From assembly GCA_054600435.1 (NCBI GenBank), contig BAAIJX010000072.1:1-64000 (forward strand): a stretch of DNA of 64,000 bases, written 5' to 3'. Below the pieces are notes generated by a model, which saw only the letters and a program-made list of their open reading frames with translations, had not been told where the DNA came from and did not search any database. Positions within the stretch are counted from its first letter, which is position 1. Each line of letters opens with the position of its first letter. This document shows, one piece after another, positions 46,826 to 59,601 of the stretch. Position numbers and translations under genes: made by a program. The stretch is from Neophaeotheca triangularis. Lineage: Eukaryota.

Positions 46826-47232
46826 TCAGTGATGATGATGATGATGACTGCCCCCTCCATGCTCTTTCTCCCACAACCGCTCATACTCGGCCTTACTCGC
46901 CCCACCCCTCAAAACATTCTTGCTCTCGATCAAACTCTTCCTCCCACCAGGATACTTACCCTTCTGAACCTACATAACAATGCATTAGTCTCGAAACCAA
47001 ACCTCGACGGCAGAGCTTCCTGAAAGTTCCGTACCTTGCTCTTGCGATGGAAATACGTCATGCTTATGTAGAAGCCGTGTATGTGCGCCGGTATGACGGC
47101 GGCGAGGAAGAAGAGGCAGTTGAGGATTAGGTCCCAGCCGAAGCCGGAGAGGATCATGACGGTTAGGGGCGGGAAGAGGATGTTGATGATCATCATGGCG
47201 ATGCGGTCGAAGACGAGGCCCATGAAGCCCAT
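46826..47232 (-). CDS. Pmp3/UPF0057 plasma-membrane proteolipid with C-terminal extension
   Basis: Exon 47232-47035, intron 47034-46970 (GTACGG..CTAAT..TAG), exon 46969-46826. IINILFPPLTV...LNCLFFLAAVIPAHIHGFY two-helix Pmp3 signature. Tail KVQKGKYPGG...GGGSHHHHHH*. Confidence 0.82.
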
Positions 47233-48207
47233 GGTTGCGGGTTATTGGTGGCGTGTCGTGCGGCGGAGGAGGATTGTGATAAATCGTGGTCGCCGCTTGG
47301 GCCTTGTATCTGGTAGTGAGGGCTCGGGTGATGTTGGTTTGGGATGTTGCCGACTGGGGGGAGGGGGGTGATGATTGTGCTGCGCTTGAACGCTAAATAG
47401 ATGGAAATGCAGTCGCTGAGAGATGGCTATGTTTTGAAAGAAGAAAAGAAAGTGTTTTGTGCTACTTGCCTGGATGCTTTGCTATAGTAATGTACGTACA
47501 GTAGCTATGCCATGCTTGTTAGGAGGTATCGGCGGCACGGAGGCTTGGTGTCAAGCCCAGCAGGTTTTGGAGGAGAGGTGAAGTCACTCTCCGAGGAGCT
47601 TTCAGCTTGAGGGGCCTTGACTTGGGATTTGGGGGCCAATTTCTGGCAGCAACAACGACAACGACAGAGACAACTACTTAAGTAGTACAACATCTTGTTT
47701 CCGCCAAATGTACCACCTACACATGGCCTACTCGATATTCGCAGCTCGAACAAAAGTCCTCGCGACTGCTGTATCGGCCCTAACGCCTGACTCAAACACC
47801 TCCAGCTCCATACATCTGATGAATGGCGGATCACTAATCACCTCGCCCTTTGGGTTTTTGGATCATTCACGTAAATACGCCCATCGCCAGCATCTTAGAC
47901 CGAGCCGCCCATGAGACAAGGTACTGTATGACTTTCTCAAAGCTCCACTATCTTAGGTCTCAGCTCGTGTAGGTAGAGTGCTTACATCCTCCGAAAAGCC
48001 AAGGCAAGTTACAAAACAGGGCATAAGTCGCTACTACCTAGGTAGGTATGTAAGTAGGTAGTTGTCTGCCACTGTAGAACTGAACGCGAGCGCGTTGAAA
48101 TTCCCTTGACTTGGGTGACTGATTCCCCTGAGAGCGCCTACACTCCTCGGATGCGGGGATCAACCAAGAGCCTCCCAGAACAGCGCCACAGCAAAGGATC
48201 TATCGCA

Positions 48208-49096
48208 ATGCAAACAACACTCCAATCAATCCCCGTCCTCGGCACTGGCAAGCTAGGCAACGAAATCCCAACCAGCCTCTCCAAGCACCCTCAACACACC
48301 ACAAAACTCACAATCCTCCTCCGCCCGAACCCAAGCCCATCCAAAACCACCATCCGAGACGCCAAAATGAACCCCCTCGGTTCCGAAACCCTCCCAGGCG
48401 ATCTCGCCACCAACACCGAAACCCAGCTCGCCACAACCTTCGCCCCTTTCCACACCGTCATCACGTGCACAGGCATGGCTCTCCCACCAGGAACGCAGTT
48501 GAAGACCGCCAAAGCCGCTCTCCGCACGGGCGTGAAACGCTTCTTCTCCTGGCAATTTCGGCATTGATTATGACGTCGTGGGCCAAAGGGAGCTCGCGGG
48601 ATTTCTTCGACGAGCAAGTCGAAGTACGAGCGTTTTTGAGAGCGCAAGAGGCCGTTGGTTGGGTTGTTGTGTCGACGGGCATGTTTGTGAGTTTTCTGTC
48701 CGAGCCTGCTTTCGGGGTTGTGGATGTTGGGGCCGGCAGGGTGACGGTTTTGGGAGTGTGGCGGAATGCTGTTGCTGTTACTTCGGTTGAGGATGTTGGC
48801 GACGTGGTTGCGGAGCTTGCTTTGGTTTGGTTTGCACGGGGGTCAAGGGTGTGGTGTTTGTTGCGGGGGATATGGTGGATTTTGCGAGGCTTGCTGGTGT
48901 TGTTGAGGTTGTGTGGAAGAGGGCTGTGAGGCGGGCTGTGAAGGAAATCGATGAGTGGAGGGAGGAGCTGAGGGAGGCGCCTGGGGATGCGATGCGGAAG
49001 TACAGGGTGGTTTCTGCTGAGGGTAAGGGGGTTGCCTGGGATAGGAGTGGGACTTTGAGACGGAGACAGTGGAAGGCCGGGCGACCAGGCATCTGA
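48208..49096 (+). pseudogene. NmrA-like / isoflavone reductase family pseudogene
   Basis: Family motifs (VLGTGKLG; WQF-GIDYDVVG; DFFDEQVEVRAFLRAQ; WVVVSTGMFVSFL; VFVAGD; KYRVV.AEGKGVAW) are spread over different frames. Frameshifts near 48556, 48585 and 48840, with an apparently truncated C-terminus. Confidence 0.8.
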
Positions 49097-50180
49097 GCGT
49101 TTGAGATTGAGCAATCAACCTTGGTCCATTTCTGTCCCTGTGTGAAGCCGTGAGTGCCGTATGACGTGCTCCCAGGCACTGAGTGTGCTCAGGTCCCTCA
49201 AGAGTCTGCTCGATCGCGCAATGTCCAACTAGGTATTCTCCATGGCCATGTATTAATCAAGCTCGACTTCTGCAAGCTCGGATCGACAAAACAATACAAT
49301 TCAGCACCTGTACGTCTGCCCAATCGACATCCCGATCCCGTAGGCTGAATGCCCATGAGAAGACGCTTCAATCTCCGCCATCAACCGTACCTAGGTATCT
49401 ACACCAACCACTCCAGTCAATGAGGCGGCAAACGAAAGACGTCCCTCAACTTCCCGGTACCTTTCAGCCTACCAGCATGCAATATATCACATTTACCCAG
49501 TCAAAACTGCCAAAAACTGCACCCAGCTCGCACCAACGGCACGGAACCTGCATCGCTACGTGCATGCCCCCTCCTCATGGTAAAAGCCGCCAGCCATCCG
49601 CAGGGTCATCATGCACGTGTGGCAGCAGCCAGAACATCAGCAGTCCACACGTCGTGAAGTGCGTTTAGACAGTAGCAACCTAAGCCGTAGATCTCCAAAG
49701 GACCGAAGCCGCCGAAAGCATGCCCAGCCGGTTGAATTGGCTGAAGTGCATCAAAAAGTCGTACTTTATTTACACATGCATGTGCCGCGTGTGCCTAGGT
49801 ACATAGGTAGATTACCTAGGTAGGCGTTTGGATATCTCCGCACTTTTCGGTGGCTTGCTTGCTTGCTTGCCCCATGTCTGGGGTAGACACTGGACAGACA
49901 GGGCCAGGCAGGTCGAGAGCAACCGTAGAAGTCTAATTTGCTGTTCTTAACGGGTACTTGGACTGACTTCACGGCTGAATTGCTCTTGGTTGATGGTGGG
50001 AGTGACATCTCTTGGGCCGGCTCGTGGTATAATAGCCGTAAGTTGCTTGTAGCGTGGCGTGGCGTGGTGTGGGCATTGAGGATGGGGAGATATATATATA
50101 GGACGACCATGGCGAGCGAGACTAGGGAACTCGTTGCCATCACATCTTTCTCTGGGTAGATCGACGATATCACTTTCACG

Positions 50181-51460
50181 ATGCATTTGACCCAACTTAT
50201 CGTTCCGACTTTGGCGCTTGCTGGTGCGGCGTTGGCTGCTCCTCAGAAGAGGCCTTACAAGCCTGAGCAGCCCGAGCAGCCGACATGGTATGCCACCTTC
50301 TAATCTATTGATCGAAGGACTCGGAGAATGCTTACCACAACGACAGCCCGACTCTCGGACCAGGCTCCGGGCTCTCAGACGCCATGAGAGCACGCGGTAG
50401 AGAGTTCATCGGCACAGCCATCACGTTGCGCGACGAGCCCCGTGAGGCCGAGATCGTGGACGCAGAGTATAACGCGTAGGTCCACGATCCATCATTCATA
50501 CTCTCGCAACTCCAGACTGACATCAGCATCCCCCAGCATGACACCGGAAAACGCCATGAAATGGGAATCCATCCAGCCCTCGCGCGGCAACTTCACCTTC
50601 GACAGCGCCGACGCCCACGTCGCCTTCGCCGCCGAACACGACCTGCAAATCCAATGCCACACGCTAGTCTGGCACAGCCAACTACCCGCCTGGGTCTCCG
50701 AAGGCGGCTTCGACAACGCAACCCTCATCGACATCATGTACAAGCACATCGAGACGCTGGCCGGCCGCTACCGCGACGTCTGCACCCGCTGGGACGTGGT
50801 CAACGAAGCCCTCAACGAAAACGGCACCTACCGGTCCTCCGTCTGGTACGACACGATAGGCGAAGCCTACTTACCCATTGCTTTCCGCTTCGCGGCCGAA
50901 ATCAGCCCGGGCTCCAAACTCTACTACAACGACTACAACCTCGAGTACAACCAGAACAAGACCGACGGCGCGTTGCGGATCCTCAAGCTCATCCAGTCGT
51001 ACGGCGTCCGCATCGATGGTGTCGGGTTCCAGGGCCATGTCGCCAGCGAGCCGACGGATACCTCTCCGGGCGCGGCGCCCGACCAGGCGACTTTGGAAGC
51101 CGCGCTCGCCAAGATGACGGCCGAGGATGTCGATGTCGCGTACACGGAGATTGACGTGAGGATGAATACGCCGCCGAGCGCGGCGCAGTTGAGGGAGCAG
51201 GCGACGGTATGGGAGCGCATGGCTAGGGCTTGCTTGAGCAACGCTAGGTGTGTTGGTATGACTACTTGGGTAAGTCGCGTTCGCTCTCTTGTCGTTCGTG
51301 GGTCGATGCTGACGGGTTCTCGTTTCAGGGAATTTCCGACAGGTACTCTTGGATTCCCGAGACCTTCGAGGGCGAGGGCGCCGCGCTGTTGTGGGGCATC
51401 AACTACTTGAAGAAGCCGGCTTACTATGGTTTCCTCCGCGGCATCCTCAACTGGTGGTGA
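50181..51460 (+). CDS. Secreted GH10 endo-1,4-beta-xylanase (no CBM1)
   Basis: Exons 50181-50287, 50347-50475, 50537-51269, 51329-51460. Signal peptide; TPENAMKWE, HTLVWHSQLP, WDVVNE (acid/base), YNDYNLE, GFQGH, YTEID (nucleophile) and KPAY. TA-run TATA element at about 50089-50100. Confidence 0.95.
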
Positions 51461-52805
51461 TGTAATGGGGGTGACTCGACAAAGATGCATTCTCTGCTGT
51501 TGACGAAGGGTTCCGGTCCCTTCTCCGGACGAGATACAAGATTGATCGAGACAGCGGGCATAGCCAGACTTCGTAGCTTCTAGGTCTCCAGAGTACGTAG
51601 CAGCAAGTGATCAATACTAGACCTCATCGTACTGCCAGCTGCTAAAGAGCTTTCCCAAAGCTCCTTGTGGCAAGCACGGTTCCCAAATGTCTGTCTGCTG
51701 AAGCATAGTAATATTTATAGCTTGACGAGGGTCCTTGATAGCCATTACCATCGGCGTCATGCTTTTCGAATAGTCATGAGACCAGAAAGAGACACTCGCG
51801 GATCCTCCCTCCAGCCACAACATACCACGATAGCTCCTTCGTCCTCTGCCATTGTTTGTTCGCGCAAGATTAGCTGGGTCCTGTCCGCGCTACCAGCAGG
51901 TCCAGCTCTAGGCGCTTGAACAACGCAAAAAGCGGACTCGGACAAAGCCTTCTTTCTCGCACAGGACTCCAGCGAACTCGGCCAAGCATCCCCAAAACCC
52001 ACAAGACCGGAAGGAGAGAATTGCAAGAAAAAGACAAAAAGACAAAAGAGAACTCCGGAGCGCATTCTATCCAACGGCCCGACTCATAGCGCGATCTCGG
52101 AAAGGGCAGACTCAATCACAGCAGGGCTTGCAAATTGGGGAGCAGCGTGAAGGCGCAAAAGCAACAGCGCAACTCCACCAGATCCTGTCATCAAGAACGG
52201 CCTCGTGAACGGCGCGACGAGGGCCGAAACACCATCGACCGCACCCGCAACCCCAAAGACCAAAAACAGCAGTAGACCCGCCCTCTCGAGCCCGGCCTCG
52301 CCTACAACAACGCCCGGTCCGGTACGCGTGGCAAGCGCAGCCGACGGTCGACAACAATACCTACGCACCGTGAGCAGACACATGGCAAGAATGGCAGAAG
52401 GGGGTTGGGGCTTGGCGCTGGACGCCAGCCGGCTGGCGTTAGTATTGTTCGTCGCCCGCTAGCATTGTTGGGCGGGCTGGAATGCAACGTGCAAAAGAAG
52501 GCAGCTAGTATTCTTCTCCCTTCTCGAGGGCGCGAGCGCTTTGCCGGTTGCGTTTGATGGCTGTTTTCGGTAGGCTTTTGGAAAGCAGCTGTTGGGGGGT
52601 TGTTATAAGTGAGTGTTTAGCTTCTCAGTTTTCGATCGGTCATAGTAGGTCTTTTTCCTCGAGACAGACTTTGAGAAATATCTTCTTGCGGCTCGTTTTT
52701 TTCAAAGAGAAATCTTGTCTTGCGTGCTCTTACCTTGCCTTGCCTTGCCTTGCTGTTGCATCGTCCAAAACCTAAAACCATCGCGCACCGTCGACACCAG
52801 CAACC

Positions 52806-54063
52806 ATGGTCACCACTACCAGCAACACCGTCGGAGCCCCGGGCACCCGCGAGAAAAAGGACAGCAGCAAAGCAGCCATGAAATTGCTGCCGCAGCTCAA
52901 CAATGTGCCCGATGACTACGACTACACGCTCAGCACGCACTACAACCGCCGCTGGTCCGCCGACGACCGCATGATGGATGTCTCGGAAGCATCGCGAGCC
53001 GCGCGCGCCGAGGAATTCTACAAAATCGCCGACGACTACTACTCGCTCACCACGCCCATTTACGAATCGGGCTGGGGAAAGAGTTTTCACTACTGCCACT
53101 TCCAGCCGGGGTTTACTATCAAGCAGAGTATCCAGGCTTATGAGCGGTTGATTGCTGATAAGATTGGATTGAGGCGCGGGATGAAGGTGTTGGATGTTGG
53201 GTGTGGTATCGGGGAGCCTGCGCGCAACATTGCCAGGTACATTGGTTGTGAGATTGTTGGCGTGACGATTAATGCATGGCAGATTGAGAGGGGTGAGGAG
53301 TTGAATGAGGAAGAGGGGTTGGATGGGCAGGTCAAGTTCGTCCAGTGCAATTTCATGGTGAGCTTTCCTTTGCAAAGGGAGGAGTCTTGTGTTTTGCTGA
53401 CTTTGTTTTGTCCAGGACATGCCGTTTGAGGATCATACCTTTGACGCTGCTTTCGCCATCGAAGCCACTTGCCATGCCGCCGACCAGGCTGCTCTCTACG
53501 CTGAGGTCGCCCGCGTGCTCAAGCCCGGTGCCACGTTTGGTGAGACGTGCTGGGTCATGACGGACAAATTTGACCGCAAGCAGCCTGAGCATCTCGGACT
53601 GCTTCATCGTCTGGAGCGTGGCAACGGTGTCGCGAGGATGCCGACGGCCAAGGAAGTGCGTTCGGCGTACATTGAGAACAAGTTCGACATCCAGTTCGAC
53701 CAGGATCTCGCTTCATGGTCCAAGCCTGGCCCGTGGTACTACGCGCCTCAGGGCGATTTGACGTACTGCGTAGACTGGGAGGACTGGTGGAAGGTGTTCA
53801 AGATGCACCCGACCGTCCGTTTCCTGTGGTACTGGTTCTTCTACCTCCTCTGCATGGTCGGTCTCCTCGAGTGGGAGGTGATGAGCGTGATGAAGACGAT
53901 GAGATACTGCTGTGGTTCTGTTGTCGAGGGCGGTCAGAAGGATCTGTTCACGCCGATTTGGCTATTTGTCTGTCAGAAGACTGACGAGACGGAGCAAGTG
54001 ATCAAGGAGAGGAAGAAGCTCAAGAGTAAGGACAGCAGGAAAGAGGGAAAGAAAGGGCAGTAG
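52806..54063 (+). CDS. Sterol C24-methyltransferase-like protein (divergent ERG6 paralogue)
   Basis: Intron 53358-53415. YY..T..YESGWGKSFHYC, VLDVGCGIGEPAR (SAM motif), MPFEDHTFDAAFAIEATCHA, LKPG and C-terminal GQKDLFTP. Confidence 0.85.
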
Positions 54064-55436
54064 TCGGCGTGAGGGGGGGGAGTATGTTTGTCTCGGGCAA
54101 GGGGAAGGAGTAGGTACTTTGTTCTCGTTAGCTGTCAGAGTTTTGCTTGTACGTGTTATGAAGGCGGGAGGCTATCTTACCCGTGCATGTGTTGTGAGTA
54201 TGATCATGTCCGTGGATTTGGGCTACCTACTAGTACCTAGGATCAAAGGTGGTTGTGCTTGATGATATTGAGATATTGATATTGATATAGACGGCTCCAG
54301 GTGTTCTGTTCATTGTCAGTTCATTGGTCGCGGTTTTGGCACGCTAGTACGGCAGCTCGCATGCTACCTCCTACAGATGACTTTCCGCCAGACGAGGCAA
54401 TTCCTTATGATACATCAAATTGAGACAGAAGAGGTCAGGTGACGGCTGGTGAATGATGGTTATGTACTAGTACTTACCTAGCCTGGTATTATTCATTATT
54501 GTTGTTGATTCCATTATCCTCGAACGACTGCGAGATGTACCGTGTAATAATAATAATAATAATGCATGCATGCATGCATATGCGAATTGCGCTTACCGGG
54601 TCTGGATTGTCGAGTTGCGAGCAGCTGGTGGCAGTTTTGGGCCGTGCAGTGGGTGGTGGGCTTAGGTAGGTTGTGTTTGTGATTTTCACCCAGACCGCTG
54701 GCCGTGACGTTGCCTGCTTGCCTGCTTGCCTGCCAGTGGACCACTCGCTTCTCTCTGCCGCTGCGCATCTTCCATCGGCAACCTTGTCACTTCGTCAACA
54801 ACACACACAAAGTCCCTCATCCTCCGACTCCCTCACCTCCACCACTTCACCACCACCACCACCACCACATCACCACCACCACTGCCAATACAACACCACC
54901 GCCACCTCGCACTCGTACGCATACTCTTTCTCTCTCCCGACTCGCCGACCAGCAAGTACACGTCCACCCCTCTTTCTACACGGTAAGATCCCAACCCTCC
55001 TCGTTCAACTTCCATCATCGTCCCCTCCTGCCGGACCACCGCTTCCGACTGCAACGCCGCCAAGACAGAGCAACAACATGGAAGAGCATCCATACATTCC
55101 GTGTTACTGGAGGCAAAGTGTATAGGACAATCTTGTGGGACGTGAAGCGCCCTCCAATGCCTGAATGCCTGTGGCTCGGCTTGTTGGGAAGAGGTCATGA
55201 GCCCTTTGCGCAATTCCCGACAGCAAGCAGCTGCGCCTTATTGGCGGCAACACCTGGAAGAACCACCACAGCTTCACCTGCTTTCGCGACCGCGTCCGAC
55301 TTGCTCCTACAAACTCTCTGTCCTGCGCGAAGCACTTTTCACCACACATCAACCTGACGTCGATCGCTGGACAAGCCGACTCATAGAGCAACACTACTAA
55401 TTCCGACGTGTACAGAAACACAAACAAATCATCACC

Positions 55437-56476
<1,040 letters not shown>

Positions 56477-57707
56477 ATACCCAAACCCCACATCACGCTC
56501 CTTGAGAACAAGCTACATGAAACGAGCGAAGAGCGCGAAACCGAGTCTAGCTAGCACAATTCTATGGGGTGTCTAGGGAGAAAGCGTGCGCGAGCGGGCG
56601 AAAGCGAAATCGAGGGGATCGGTGGAAAGCTGGGAGTAGGATGGTCATGGAGTGGGAGCGGGACATGGGAGATGGTTTCGGGGGTTCTTCTTGCCGGGGA
56701 CTCTTGTTGAACTGATGATGGGAGATGTGCTTCTTGCTTTCTTCTTTACCTTCTTCCCTACTCTCTCTCTCTCCCTCTCCTCGGAAATCCTCAGATCCTC
56801 GGGATCCTTTATCATGGTCTTGGATGTTACCTTTTCCTTCTTCTTATCTCCGTCTTGCATTGCTAGTCTGCGTTATCTTCGGGCTTGAAGGCGATATGGC
56901 GCTGTCTACCATCGACGTGAACATCTTCTGCTGCCCTCTGTATTAGTCGACCCCCGCGACTCGAAGCGCCATTCGATGGCAGATGGACAACCCGTGCCGT
57001 AGGCTTCTTTCTTCCCCCCCTCTTCCAACAGTAGCGGTGCGTTTCTGCCATAAAACTCTCGGAATACGTCAATGCCCTGGCCCCTAACTTATCCGGCGCC
57101 TATGAAACCTACGTCTTGCTCCTCCCTCTACAGACATTGATAGGTACTTAGAAACTCTTGGGTTCCTTTTGATGAACGATGGGGGGAAATGAACGGTGCT
57201 GGCTAGGTACTGTAGGTGGAAACTTGCTCGGCCGCGTTTAAACGTTTATTGCAGTAGTAGATTCTAGTACGTGAAGTATATACAGTACTTTGCCTCCCCC
57301 CCCCCGGCTGCCCGGGAAGATGGAGTCTGGAGAGCGTCTCGAGGATGCTTTTGCTTCTGTTTAGGTAGGTAGGTAGGTGGTTATATGGTAGGGAAATCGG
57401 ATGGGAGGAAGCTAGTAGACTTGAGATTCTACAAACTGCCAGACGCTTCCCCTGCTCAAAGTGATCTATCTACTTGATCCCTCCGCGCTGCTCAGGCGTG
57501 CCTGGCAATTTTTGTAGCATTTTTACTTGATTCAAATGCCCATGTCGCTATCCATAGCCACTCGATGTTCGGCTGGCTGGCTGGCTGGATGGGAGAGCCG
57601 GAATAGGCAAGTGCGTGCCTATGACTATTTTATTTTTTTTACTTAACTCATACCTATTTACCTTAACTACTAGGTACTGTGACAAAAGCACGAATTTCAG
57701 CCGGGTC

Positions 57708-57738
57708 GGATGGGATGGGATGGGATGGGATGGGATGG
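57708..57738. repeat. (GGATG)n pentanucleotide repeat
   Basis: About 6 tandem copies. Confidence 0.9.
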
Positions 57739-58734
57739 GGTGGGATAGCTAACGAGTGTGTGAGTGATGATGGACCTGTCACCTGGGTGAGCTGGCTCTG
57801 ACGGCAGTGAGGGGCAGACGAGGACAGAGTTTGGCGAAGACGTCAAGGAAGGGGTGGGGTTTGACTTCCTGTTTGCTGAAGAAAGGTGCCCGGGAGGGAC
57901 CACCTGGACAAACCTCAACCCCTCTCTTCCATTCCCGGTGAACGGGTCGGGTGGCTTGCGTGCTGCTCTGGATGGTCTACCGGTGCTGAGGTGAACAACG
58001 GTGAGGAAGGTAACGTTACGGTACTGTACCTAACTACCTTACCTTAATTAATAATTCAAAAGAACGCCTCTCTCTTCCTTTCGTGCTTCCTCCTAGTCTT
58101 CATCTCTGCGTCAACTGCTTACAGTACTATTCGTCTCGTTGTCGACTTTGCGTGCTTTGTGAGCTTGCTTGTCTGTCTTCCGCCTGCCTGCCTGCCTGCC
58201 TTACCCGCCTTGCGAACAAATCTCCTTTGGCGTCGTTGCACTGCTCTACTTCTGATACTAGTACTGCTACAACTGCTACTACTACTACTACAAGTGCTTA
58301 CTGGCATTCTAGTGGTGAGTCTCCCTTTTCAATTGCTAGTCCTCTCTTCGCCTCTTCACACGCACTGCACAATGCACTTGCACACATCTCGTTGCCTTGC
58401 TCTGGCCGCTCAAGACGCCCGGCGTGGAGTGGACTGTCGAGTTGAAAAAGAGAGATGAAGTGAGCCTCTCTGCTCTCTTCTTTCAGCCTCACGCAGGCGC
58501 AGATCCCTGTGCGCATCGAGGTTGCCCGGAGTCCCATGGCTTTGGCGTGGCTGCTTCAGCCTTCTGGCCTCGATGCGCGTGCGGGATCTGCTTCTGCTGG
58601 CATTGGCGCGCGCGGATCTTGATAGGAGACGGACATGGCAAGCTGCTACGCATGGCATCACGGAAGCGCACCTTCACTAAAAGTGCTTGTGTCTGCTTGG
58701 ATGTGTGCATGCGTATCTGTGTTTGCTGTGTCTG

Positions 58735-58941
58735 TTGTGTGTGTGTGTGTGTGTGTGTGCGTTGCGTGTGAGGTTTGGATTGCCTTTTAAGGTATCGAGA
58801 GCGAGTCCCGTCGTCTTGCATCATCAACTGCGAACCCCGGAATTGCGGCCGAGGAGCTGCGAAAGGAAGCGCACACACAGCCTGCGGCGACTTGTAAACC
58901 CAGACGGCTTGCTCTGCTGCTGCTGCTGCTGCTGCTGCTGC
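58735..58941. repeat. (TG)n and (CTG)n microsatellites upstream of the RRM gene
   Basis: TG run at about 58736-58759 and CTG run at about 58914-58941. Confidence 0.9.
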
Positions 58942-59601
58942 GACTACTACCTACTACTCGCACTCCACGCCTTGCTTCTGCTGTCGTCCTACCCACCACC
59001 ACCACCCCCTCCTCAATCACTACATCACCCTCCACCACTCCCCCCAGCGATTGTCTACTCTAGTCATACTCACGCTCACTCGCTTCTTTCTGCGACCAGA
59101 TCTTGCGCGACGGCATTGCATCCCTTTCGTCCACGAGTCTAAACACCACTACCGCTTCTTCAGCAGCGTGACTCTCCCCGTCCAGATCATCATCACCGAC
59201 GAGACAACCATAATCCCGACGTCCTTTTCTCATCAAGCTTCATCATCAAAAGCCTGTTGTTGACTTTCGCGACAAAGCGTCTTTAGTACGGTTCACCACT
59301 GAATCTGCCGCCGTCATCCGAACACTTCACTTACACACTTCTTCATCCATTCAGCGACTGATACGTTTCGGCGCACGGTTTCCTGCAATCGGTAATATTC
59401 ACGGCCGGTAAAGCATACTTTTCACGTGAGTCTGACGCGCGCCATCTGCTTCTACTGCTGCCTCTTACAACTTTGCGCTAACCTCACTTCAACCTCCCAC
59501 AGTCAGCAACGGGTCCTTGTACTTTACTACACCAACCTCCTTCCAATTCGCCGATCACTCCAGCGTTTGCGATTACACCGTAGCCTTCTCCAACCGTCAT
59601 C

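Noticed and set aside
46880..46915. Suspected frameshift in Pmp3 exon 2
   Set aside because: Recounting the G run shows the frame is intact: 144 nt, 48 codons.
52084..52462. Short overlapping ORFs between the xylanase and the methyltransferase
   Set aside because: No recognisable motif, codon bias or consistent splice model.
52617..53420. Long antisense ORFs opposite real genes (also 60331-61071, 8936-9670, 18138-18944)
   Set aside because: Shadow ORFs caused by GC-rich codon bias on the coding strand.
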